NCBI GenBank assembly: GCA_002841905.1
Contig: PHBF01000003.1
Span: forward strand, 1-32,233
Direction: 5' to 3'
DNA length: 32,233 nucleotides
Source: Deltaproteobacteria bacterium HGW-Deltaproteobacteria-17
GTDB lineage: Bacteria > Myxococcota_A > Polyangia > HGW-17
A program made the translations under genes and the position numbers. The notes beneath the pieces are model-generated. The model was not told where the DNA came from. It saw nothing but the letters and a program-made list of their open reading frames with translations, and searched no databases. Below are positions 8,192-16,292 of this stretch, one piece after another. Position 1 is the stretch's first letter. Every line of letters starts with the position of its first letter.

Positions 8192-8878
8192 ATGCTGCAA
8201 TGGGAGTTTCTCGAGAGCGTGAAGATGCCCGACGGCAAGGGGAGCATGGAGTTGATGCGCCGGGGCAAGGAGATGATCATCCGTATCGACGACCACGAGC
8301 TCATGGGCACCCATGTCCACGGCTCCGAAGAGGCCCTGTCGGACCTGGCCTTCGACCACCTCGACGTGCTGCACCCGGAGGGCGACGTGGCGGTGCTCAT
8401 CGGTGGCCTGGGCGTGGGTTTCACGGCGGCCGCGGCCCTGCGGCGCTGCGGTCCCGCCGGTCGCGTGGTGGTGGCCGAGCTCGTGGAGGCCATCGCGCGC
8501 TGGAACGAGGGGGAGCTGGGGGAGGCCTCAGGGCACCCGATGCGTGATGAGCGGGCAGAACTGGTGCTCACCGACGTCGCCGAACTGATCAGGAATCCGC
8601 CGCAGCCCTGGCACGCGATCCTGCTCGACGTGGACAACGGTCCCAAGTCCTTCACCCAGTTGGCCAACGGATGGCTTTACAGCCCGCAGGGAATCCGGAG
8701 CGCCTACGAGGCGCTGGTCCCCGGCGGCATGCTCGCGGTGTGGTCCGCCCACGACGATCGGAGCTTCACGCGGCGCCTGGAGCGCGCCGACTTCCGTGTC
8801 GAGCTGGTCCCGGTTCGCGCCCGGGGGGCCCGGGGCGGAAACCGGCATTTCATCTGGACGGCGATCCGGCCGGAGTAG
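8192..8878 (+). CDS. Spermidine synthase-like SAM-dependent transferase
   Basis: ELM...HGSEEAL, VLIGGLGVGFT, VVVAEL, ILLDVDNGP, GGMLAVWSA. Confidence 0.88.
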   Translation: MLQWEFLESVKMPDGKGSMELMRRGKEMIIRIDDHELMGTHVHGSEEALSDLAFDHLDVLHPEGDVAVLIGGLGVGFTAAAALRRCGPAGRVVVAELVEAIARWNEGELGEASGHPMRDERAELVLTDVAELIRNPPQPWHAILLDVDNGPKSFTQLANGWLYSPQGIRSAYEALVPGGMLAVWSAHDDRSFTRRLERADFRVELVPVRARGARGGNRHFIWTAIRPE

Positions 8879-8884
8879 ATTCCA

Positions 8885-10000
8885 ATGAAGCACCATATGG
8901 GAACCATTCAATTCATTGTTTTATTAAATATATTCTTTACCATATCTTGTACCGGGTCGGGGAGGGGTGCCCCCCCGAAACTGCCCGCGCCCGACGCGAC
9001 TCCGGCCCGGGTGGCCGAGGCGGCGCTGGTCTGGATCCGTCCGTTCCGGGAGGTCGCTCATCAGGATGCCCCCCGCATGGGAATCTGGGAGGAGCCCGCG
9101 CCGGCACGCACGTTCTGGGTCGCGCCGGTGGGAAACACGTGGGTGGTCGTGTCCGAGCGTCCGGGGCTGTTCGTCGGTCAGGGTCCGCGGCTGTTGGAGG
9201 TGCTCCTGACCCGCTACCATCACCGGATGACCGAGCTGCCCCCCGCCACCGGGCAGGACAGCGACGCCCTGAAGGAGTGCCGCGGCATGGCCGAGGAGAA
9301 CAACCTGGCCGAGGGGCTGGGGGCCCAGGGCAGCGGGCTGGTCGTGCGGGATCTGGGCACCGGCGTCCGGACGCCGCTGCTGCCCGCCGCCGCGTCGCTG
9401 GAGGCGCTGGAGTACCCGTCCGAATCCATGCGCTTCGCAGAGCCGTTGGGCGGCCTCGGTCCGTACCTGTTCCTGCGCGTCCATGGCTACAATCAGCCCT
9501 GCGGCATGCGTGCGTTCGAGGTCGACGAGTTCGAGATCTTCGATCTGGCCCAGGGGGCACTGGTCACCACGAAGTTCTCCGCCTCCGATGGGAAGGGCAT
9601 ATGGAAAAAATACTTTGACCTGCCCGTCAGGCGCAAGGAACTCGAGCCAATGATCCGCAAACAACTCGAGGAATACGACGGCGGCATCGAATACGACGCC
9701 TCGAACCTGTACGTGACGCACTTCTTCCCGGTGTTCGGCCCGGCGCTGGCCGGCGTGGGATTCCAGGTGGCATACCGCTACTGGGCCGGCTGCCGCGCGT
9801 GTCCCTCCTTTGAAGGCTTCGCCCTGGCCGAGGAGCTGCCCCCGGAGATGCAGGATCACGCTTCGATGCACCCGGCCATGGTCGTGGTGCGCGCCCGCGT
9901 CCCCAAGTCCTGGCGCATCGGCGGTGTCTCCGTGCTCATGGCTGCCCCCGCCGAGGTGACCCGCCTGCGGACGGTGTTCGATACGATAAGGACAAAGTAA
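8885..10000 (+). CDS. Hypothetical lipoprotein
   Basis: Starts 6 nt after the previous stop. Hydrophobic N-terminus ends FTISC. No recognised domain. Confidence 0.7.
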   Translation: MKHHMGTIQFIVLLNIFFTISCTGSGRGAPPKLPAPDATPARVAEAALVWIRPFREVAHQDAPRMGIWEEPAPARTFWVAPVGNTWVVVSERPGLFVGQGPRLLEVLLTRYHHRMTELPPATGQDSDALKECRGMAEENNLAEGLGAQGSGLVVRDLGTGVRTPLLPAAASLEALEYPSESMRFAEPLGGLGPYLFLRVHGYNQPCGMRAFEVDEFEIFDLAQGALVTTKFSASDGKGIWKKYFDLPVRRKELEPMIRKQLEEYDGGIEYDASNLYVTHFFPVFGPALAGVGFQVAYRYWAGCRACPSFEGFALAEELPPEMQDHASMHPAMVVVRARVPKSWRIGGVSVLMAAPAEVTRLRTVFDTIRTK

Positions 10001-10115
10001 TAATAGTGTCAAAATTGATTACTGCCCGCTCATTGTTCTTCGCCACGGGAGCTCCATCGTCGGTCCGGTTCGGTCCTCCCGGCCGGTCAGCCCACGGGAC
10101 CTGGAGGGCCGCCTG

Positions 10116-11438
10116 ATGCCCGGCACCATCGAACAGGCCGTCGTGCTGTTTGCCTTCTACGCCTTCTGCGGGTGGATCGTGGAGGTCGCCTACCGCTCGT
10201 ACCGGGCGCGCCACTTCGTCAACCCGGGCTTCCTGCGCGGGCCCTTCGTCCCGCTCTACGCCATGGGGGCCGCCTGCATCGTGTTGCTGGGACGGCCGCT
10301 GGCGGGGCTGCACCCGGTCGTGCAGGTCCCGATCTATGGTGTGGCGCTGACGGCGCTGGAGTATGTCGTCGGCTGGTTTCTGGAGCGGTGGCTCCATGTG
10401 CAGTTGTGGTCCTACGAGGACAGCCGCTTCAACTGGCAGGGGCGAATCTGCCTCGGTTTCTCCGCCGCGTGGACGGCGCTGGCGGTGGTGTTCTCCGTGT
10501 GGATTCATCCGGCCGCCCTGAGGTTGTCCGGCCGGGGAGATCCGCAGATCCTCCGGCTGACGGCGTTGATGTTCACGGCCTATCTGGCGCTGGACACGCT
10601 GGCCTCGGTCGCCGAGGTGCGTGCCTTCCGCCTGTTCCTGGGCCGGCTGCAGTCCGACTTCGTGATCCGTCGGGATTTCGAACTGGAGCGCCAGTTGGGC
10701 CGGCTGCGGCGTCTGCTCGAGGCGTTCCCGGACCTGAACCGGCAGTTGTTCGCGGTGATGAGGAAGAATCTGCAGGGGGCCCTGCCAGGGCTGTGGGTGC
10801 GGAACTTCCAGAGGCTCCTCGCCGGCGTGGGGAGACGCCCGTCCGGCATCCTCCCGCGCAGGACCGCCGCCCGGAAAAAGCCCGCCAAAACGCGTCGGCT
10901 GCGCCTGGCCTGGCTGCGGATGCGCTCCGTTCCTGATCGCCTGCGGGCCGTGCCCGGACGCCTGCGCTCCGGCCTGATCCGGCGCAGGCCCAGCCGTGCC
11001 GAGCACGCGTCGCTGGTGAACGACATCCTTACCCATCCCGTGTTCCTGCGCACCCGCGAGTTCCCGCACCACAAGCACGTCACGATCTTCGCCCATGCCT
11101 GCGCCGTGTCGTATCTTTCGTATTCGATCTGCAAGAAGCTCGGTCTGGACTTCCGATCCGCCGCCCGGGGGGGACTGCTGCACGACTTCTTCCTCTACGA
11201 CTGGCGCAACCACGACGTGCCGGATCTGCCCCGCGAGAAGTTCCACGGCTTTGCCCACCCGAAGATCGCCCTGGAGAACGCCGCCGCCCACTTCGAGCTC
11301 AATGACGTCGAGCGCGACTGCATCCTGCGCCACATGTGGCCCCTGACGCCCAGGCCCCCGCGCACCCGGGAGGCCTTCATCGTATCCATGGTCGACAAGT
11401 GGGTCGCCTCCCGTGAGTTCCTGCGCCGCCGGCCCTGA
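10116..11438 (+). CDS. CmpB/TMEM229-like ('putative ABC transporter permease') membrane domain fused to an HD-domain phosphohydrolase
   Basis: N-terminal FYAFCGWIVE, NPGFLRGPFVPLYAMG, LWSY..FNWQGRICL. C-terminal HACAVS, GLLHDFFLYDW, HGFAHP, HMWP, VDK. Confidence 0.88.
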   Translation: MPGTIEQAVVLFAFYAFCGWIVEVAYRSYRARHFVNPGFLRGPFVPLYAMGAACIVLLGRPLAGLHPVVQVPIYGVALTALEYVVGWFLERWLHVQLWSYEDSRFNWQGRICLGFSAAWTALAVVFSVWIHPAALRLSGRGDPQILRLTALMFTAYLALDTLASVAEVRAFRLFLGRLQSDFVIRRDFELERQLGRLRRLLEAFPDLNRQLFAVMRKNLQGALPGLWVRNFQRLLAGVGRRPSGILPRRTAARKKPAKTRRLRLAWLRMRSVPDRLRAVPGRLRSGLIRRRPSRAEHASLVNDILTHPVFLRTREFPHHKHVTIFAHACAVSYLSYSICKKLGLDFRSAARGGLLHDFFLYDWRNHDVPDLPREKFHGFAHPKIALENAAAHFELNDVERDCILRHMWPLTPRPPRTREAFIVSMVDKWVASREFLRRRP

Positions 11439-11581
11439 GGGCTCTTTGGACCGGGGTTTTTAGTCGAATCTTACAATTGGGGGCTTGACGCGGGCGGGTG
11501 GACTCATTAGTAATGCGCTAGGAACGCCGGCGGGCGCGGCAAGGGCCCCGCGAAGCGAAGCCGTTCCGGATGGAGTTTCCC

Positions 11582-11821
11582 ATGTCGCTCGAAGATCTGA
11601 AGACCCGTGTACAGACAGCCCTCGACAAGGTCCGCCCGGCGTTGCAGCAGGATGGCGGCGACGTGCAGTTGGTGAACGTCACCGAGGAGGGCGCCGTGTC
11701 CGTGAAGCTGCAGGGACACTGCTACGGCTGCCCGTTTTCGCAGATGACCGTGAAGAACCTGGTCGAACGCGTGCTGCGGCAGGAAGTGCCCGAGGTCACG
11801 CAGGTCATCAACCTGCAGTAG
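11582..11821 (+). CDS. NifU-like (Nfu) Fe-S cluster carrier
   Basis: GGAG RBS; VRPALQQDGGDVQLV...LQGHCYGCP. Confidence 0.93.
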   Translation: MSLEDLKTRVQTALDKVRPALQQDGGDVQLVNVTEEGAVSVKLQGHCYGCPFSQMTVKNLVERVLRQEVPEVTQVINLQ

Positions 11822-11881
11822 GGCCTGCCGGACTGCCTGCAGTTTTGGAGCTGGCTTTCGGGCGGCTCGGGGGGTCCTCCC

Positions 11882-13360
11882 TTGACGGACATCCATCCCC
11901 TCGCGGAACGGCTGCGTCCGCGAAACCTTGACGAATTCATCGGCCAGCGGCATATCCTGGCGTCCGATTCTCCGTTTATGGCGCAGTTCCTGGGCGGCCG
12001 GCTCACCTCGACGATCTTCTGGGGACCGCCCGGGACCGGGAAGACCACCCTGGCGCGCCTGCTGTGCCGGCACCACGGCCTGACCATGCATGAACTGTCG
12101 GCCGTCAACGCGACGCTGGCGGACGTGCGCAAGGTCATCGACTCGCGCACGCCGCTGCTCAACCCGCAGGCGGTGCTGTTCCTCGACGAGATCCACCGCT
12201 TCAACAAGGCGCAGCAGGACGCGCTGCTGCCGGCCGTCGAGACCGGCGACGTGATCCTGCTGGGTGCGACCACGGAGAACCCGGCGTTCTCGATCATCCC
12301 GGCCCTGCGATCGCGGGTGCGGCTGGTGGAGTTCCATGCGTTCACCGTCGAGGACCTCATCGCCGGGCTCTCCCGCGCGGTGGCGTTCCTGGCCAAAGAG
12401 CGTCGGTGCGAGACCGACGCCGGCGACGTGCTCGAACCTCTGGCGGTCCTGTCCGGGGGCGACTTCCGGCGGGCGCTGGGGCTGCTCGACGAGCTGTGGG
12501 CGGCCACGGCCCCGGTGGACGGACGCAAGACCCTCACCCGAGAGGTGCTCGACCGCATCCTGCCCTCCTTCGTGGTGCGCTACGATCGGGCGTCCGACGA
12601 GCACTACAACCACGCCAGCGCGTTCCAGAAGAGCCTGCGCGGCTCGGATCCCCAGGCGGCCCTGTACTGGCTGGCCAAGATGCTCGAAGGCGGCGAGGAC
12701 CCGCGCTTCATCTTGCGACGCCTGATCGTGACCGCTTCCGAGGACGTGGGGCTGGCCGATCCCCAGGCGTTGGTGCAGGCCGAGACCGCACTTCGGGCGT
12801 TCGAGCACCTGGGGATGCCCGAGGGGCGGCTGGCCATCGCGCAGGCGGTGCTGTACGTGGCGACCGCGCCCAAGAGCAACGCCGTGATCGAGGCCCTGGG
12901 GGAGGCGTCCGGGCGCATCGCCAAGGGTGAGAGCTACCCCGTGCCCCTGCACCTGGCCGACGCACACTATGCATCCGCCGCCGACCTGGGCCGCGGCATC
13001 GAGTACGTGTATCCGCACAAGTCCGGCTCCGCGCGCATCACCTACCTGCCCGACAAGCTCGCCGACGCGGTGTTCTACCGTCCCAGGAGCCCGGCCGAGC
13101 GCGAGCGCATGCTCAAACTGCAGACGTTTCTCACGGCACATCACAAGCTTCCCCCCCAGGCACCGGCCCATGTGGAGACCGTGCGGGCCTGGCTGAGCGA
13201 GCACCGGCCCGAGTGGATCCGTACCGAGGACATGGCTGCCCTTCTGGAGTTGACGCGTGAGGAAGTGTACGCAGCCCTGCGGGAGCTTGAACTTCAGGGG
13301 TTCGTGGTGCTGACGCCGGGAGCGAAGGTCGAATATCCTCAACAGTTCCAAGGGAAATAG
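11882..13360 (+). CDS. rarA: Replication-associated recombination protein A (RarA/MgsA) with extra C-terminal domain
   Basis: PLAERLRPRNLDEFIGQ, Walker A GPPGTGKTT, LFLDEIHRFNKAQQDALL, GATTENP, SAFQKSLRGSD, ASEDVGLADP. TTG start. Confidence 0.95.
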   Translation: MTDIHPLAERLRPRNLDEFIGQRHILASDSPFMAQFLGGRLTSTIFWGPPGTGKTTLARLLCRHHGLTMHELSAVNATLADVRKVIDSRTPLLNPQAVLFLDEIHRFNKAQQDALLPAVETGDVILLGATTENPAFSIIPALRSRVRLVEFHAFTVEDLIAGLSRAVAFLAKERRCETDAGDVLEPLAVLSGGDFRRALGLLDELWAATAPVDGRKTLTREVLDRILPSFVVRYDRASDEHYNHASAFQKSLRGSDPQAALYWLAKMLEGGEDPRFILRRLIVTASEDVGLADPQALVQAETALRAFEHLGMPEGRLAIAQAVLYVATAPKSNAVIEALGEASGRIAKGESYPVPLHLADAHYASAADLGRGIEYVYPHKSGSARITYLPDKLADAVFYRPRSPAERERMLKLQTFLTAHHKLPPQAPAHVETVRAWLSEHRPEWIRTEDMAALLELTREEVYAALRELELQGFVVLTPGAKVEYPQQFQGK

Positions 13361-13378
13361 GATAAAAAAAAAGAGTAT

Positions 13379-13446
13379 CCAGGGAAGCGTCAGACCGCGA
13401 GGCTGGCGCCGCAGAGGCGGGTCAGCTGCCGTCAAGCTTTTCCTGG
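13379..13446. other. Structured intergenic element (multi-stem, GNRA-capped hairpin)
   Basis: Outer CCAGGGAA/TTTCCTGG stem encloses GCGTCAG-A-CC-GCGA-GG-CTGGCGC and GGCGG-GTCAG-CTGCC. An A9 run lies at 13364-13372. Confidence 0.4.
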
Positions 13447-13561
13447 TTGTCGATCCATGTCTGAAGATGTTTCTTTTCCTATTTACTTTCTGCGCTATAC
13501 TGCGGGTTGAACACCGGCCCGCCGGGATCGGATTCCCAACATCTTTTCAGGAGTGCCCGTC

Positions 13562-14506
13562 ATGAGAGAACAATTTAAACGGATGTTTATGGTGAGCTTT
13601 ATCTTTTTATCTTACGCCTGCGACGATGCCGGGAAGGTCCAGAGCCGTTGTGGCGACAACCACCTGGATCCGGAAGAGGAATGCGACGGCGCGGATCTGG
13701 GTGGCAACTCCTGCGAGAGTCTTGGGTATTACAATGTGTCCGGTGTGCTGGGTTGCACAGCGATGTGCGAATTTGACATCTCCGATTGCGGGGAGCTCGT
13801 GGGCCGGGTGGCCGATCACACGGTCGTCCCGCAGTTCGAGCTCCTCCCGCAGGACGCCCTGGTGACGGTGGTCAACAATCTGAACGTGTACTTCGGGCAC
13901 ACCTCCCACGGCAGCCAGTTGATCACAGGGATGGGGATGCTGGATCCGCTGTTTGATCACTCCCAGATGAACCTGACGGAAGAATACGGTGACCTGGGAA
14001 CCGAAGGCGATCTGGCCTGGGAAGGGCTCACGCGGAGCCACCTCGGCGCCCACCCAGAGACCAACGTGGTGATCTGGAGCTGGTGCGGCGGGCAGTCCAC
14101 CAACACCGTCGACGGTGTGCAGATCTACCTGAACGCCATGAACCAGCTCGAGGAGGAGTTCCCGGATGTGGCGTTCATCTACATGACCGGGCACCTCGAC
14201 GGCACTGGTGACGACGGGCTCCTGCGGGAGAACAACCGTCAGATCCGGGACTGGTGCCTGCAGAACGGCAAGCTCCTGTTCGACTTCGAGGACATCGAGA
14301 GCTGGGACCCGGCCGGCGAATACTACCCCGACGGCACCGACGCCTGCGAGTGGTGCTCGGACTGGATGATGGAGAATCCGGAGGCCTGCCCCGACTGCGC
14401 CGATTCCTGCGCCCACAGTCATTGCTTCAATTGTTATCAGAAGGGAAAGGCCTTCTGGTGGCTGCTCGCGCGCATCGCCGGCTGGAACGGGGTGGGGGGC
14501 GCATGA
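13562..14506 (+). CDS. Lipoprotein with Cys-rich repeat module and SGNH-like putative hydrolase domain
   Basis: AGGAG RBS, lipobox SYAC, CGD..EECDGADLGGNSCESLGY module, then HTSHGSQ, WSWCG, YMTGHLDG, LFDFEDIESWDP, CAHSH. Confidence 0.8.
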   Translation: MREQFKRMFMVSFIFLSYACDDAGKVQSRCGDNHLDPEEECDGADLGGNSCESLGYYNVSGVLGCTAMCEFDISDCGELVGRVADHTVVPQFELLPQDALVTVVNNLNVYFGHTSHGSQLITGMGMLDPLFDHSQMNLTEEYGDLGTEGDLAWEGLTRSHLGAHPETNVVIWSWCGGQSTNTVDGVQIYLNAMNQLEEEFPDVAFIYMTGHLDGTGDDGLLRENNRQIRDWCLQNGKLLFDFEDIESWDPAGEYYPDGTDACEWCSDWMMENPEACPDCADSCAHSHCFNCYQKGKAFWWLLARIAGWNGVGGA

Positions 14507-16197
14507 TCAGGAAGGCATGTTTTTTCCACGTGCTGCCGTGGCTGGCCTGGATGCTCCTTCCGGGGGCCCTGGGCTGCGGACCGGCGGACCCCACCACCGA
14601 TGACGACTGCACGTCGCCGCCGGCCAACTTCTGTCAGGACGACCGCCACGCCGTCGAGTACCCGATCGTCGGGGAACCCCGGGACGGCCGCTGCGTCTAC
14701 GATCCGCACGTCCTGACCTGCGTGGACGGCTGCGTGGACGGCGCCTGCGCCTGCGCTCCGAGGTGGGCGCCGACAGGGCCGTGCGGCTGCGAGGCCTCGG
14801 CCTGCGCGGGCTGCTCGGGGACGCGTCCGGAGGAGGACGGCTGCGGGAACCGCCGGGAGGCCGGGTGCACGGTCGAACCCATGGGCTGCGCCGGGTCCTG
14901 CTGCGGGGAGGCCTGCTGCGCTCCCGAAGACGAGTGCGTCGAGGGGCGGTGCGCGGTCACCGGCGTCAACCCGGTGCTCGACGGGGACCTGCCCGATCCC
15001 CACGTGCTGCGCGTGGAGACGGCGCCGGGCCAGGTGGACTATTTTCTGACGCACACGACCCACCACGGCGGGGACATCCCGATCTGGCGTTCGACGGACC
15101 TGGTCCGGTGGGAGGCGGCCGGACATGCCTTCGGCCGCGCTTCCACGCCCGGGGACAGCCTGGAGATCAACGGTGCCTACTATTGCTCGATCTGGGCGCC
15201 CCAGATCATTCAACTTGGATTGAACAGTTTTCTGCTGAGTTTCTCTGCAACGCGGTTCCTGACGCCCCAGACGCCGTGTCCGGACTACGTCGAGGACGGC
15301 GGCGTGTACCTGGCCTGGTCCAGCGCACCGACCGGGCCCTTCGCGCCCATCGATCACCCGTGGGAGCCCCTGGCCGCCGGTCCGCACCACACCTGTGATG
15401 CGATTGTGGCCGACGGGCTGCCGAGGAGCCTGCCGGAGGCCTCCCGCAACTGTCAGGGGGACTTCTGCCACCAGGTGATCCGCCTGGACTCGGACGTGTT
15501 CTTCGACGACGTCACCGGTCGCTGGTGGCTGACCTATTCATGGTTCACCAACCTGCCGCCCACCTCCGCCTGGGAGCAGGATCATAACGGGGAGCACACC
15601 GGCGTCGTGGAGCTGGACCCGGCCGACCCGTTCACGGTGCCCTGCGACGGGGGCGTGCCCCAGATCCACATCGCCGATCCGCAGGACGCGGCGCTGATCA
15701 CGCGCCTGGCCGGCGCCTGCGCGCGCTGCGGCGAGATGCTCTCGTTCACACGGGGGCGCTTCGGCGAAGAAGTCGTGCGTGACGGGTGGTCCTGGGGCGT
15801 GGCCGAAGGCGGGAGCCTTTTCCGGCGGGGGGATCATGTGTACCTGCTGGCCTCGGGATCCCTGTGGGATTCGCCCTATTACCACGTGTTCTGGACCGCG
15901 GCGACCTCGGTCGAGGCCCTGTCGGTCTCCAACCCCGACCGTCTGGCCGGCCGGTTTCTGATCCCGTCCCGGGACCAGGCCTTCGGCCACGGGACGCCCG
16001 TCCTGGGGCCCGACGGCGAGACCTGGTACTACGTCCACCACCGCCTGGACGCCGCCTCCTGCGCCGCCTCCGGGGACTGCGCCCGGGACGTGTTCGTCAC
16101 CCCGATCCTCTTCGAGGATCACGGCGACGGCCGGGGTGACGTGCACATCGCGCCCGCCTTCCCGGCCGAGTCCGATCGCGTCGTCATCTACCGGTAG
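14503..16197 (+). CDS. Family 43 glycoside hydrolase lipoprotein with Cys-rich N-terminal region
   Basis: ATGA overlap, lipobox ALGC. NPVLDGDLPDPHV, RSTDLVRW, IWAP, LDSDVF, AEGG and FGHG match five-bladed GH43 motifs. Confidence 0.85.
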   Translation: MIRKACFFHVLPWLAWMLLPGALGCGPADPTTDDDCTSPPANFCQDDRHAVEYPIVGEPRDGRCVYDPHVLTCVDGCVDGACACAPRWAPTGPCGCEASACAGCSGTRPEEDGCGNRREAGCTVEPMGCAGSCCGEACCAPEDECVEGRCAVTGVNPVLDGDLPDPHVLRVETAPGQVDYFLTHTTHHGGDIPIWRSTDLVRWEAAGHAFGRASTPGDSLEINGAYYCSIWAPQIIQLGLNSFLLSFSATRFLTPQTPCPDYVEDGGVYLAWSSAPTGPFAPIDHPWEPLAAGPHHTCDAIVADGLPRSLPEASRNCQGDFCHQVIRLDSDVFFDDVTGRWWLTYSWFTNLPPTSAWEQDHNGEHTGVVELDPADPFTVPCDGGVPQIHIADPQDAALITRLAGACARCGEMLSFTRGRFGEEVVRDGWSWGVAEGGSLFRRGDHVYLLASGSLWDSPYYHVFWTAATSVEALSVSNPDRLAGRFLIPSRDQAFGHGTPVLGPDGETWYYVHHRLDAASCAASGDCARDVFVTPILFEDHGDGRGDVHIAPAFPAESDRVVIYR

Positions 16198-16242
16198 AAC
16201 CGGTTGGACTCCGAATCGAATGATCGTTTCATTTTTTGTTAT

Positions 16243-16277
16243 AAAAAAGGAATACAGGCCGGTCACCACGGGCCTGC
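16243..16277 (-). terminator. Rho-independent terminator of typA
   Basis: On the minus strand GCAGGCC-N10-GGCCTGT is followed by ATTCCTTTTTT, just downstream of the typA stop. Confidence 0.6.
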
Positions 16278-16292
16278 GAACAGGGGCCGGTC

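Noticed and set aside
11519-11570. Hairpin in the nfu leader (GGAACG...CGTTCC) as a riboswitch or SECIS
   Set aside because: Only short stems in GC-rich DNA, no recognisable aptamer, and the CxxC uses TGC codons with no in-frame TGA.
11582-13360. nfu and rarA are in the same frame, separated by one TAG and 20 sense codons (possible readthrough or pyrrolysine fusion)
   Set aside because: Same-frame adjacency has a one-in-three chance, both proteins are complete on their own, the spacer peptide looks non-coding, and no pyl genes are in the window.
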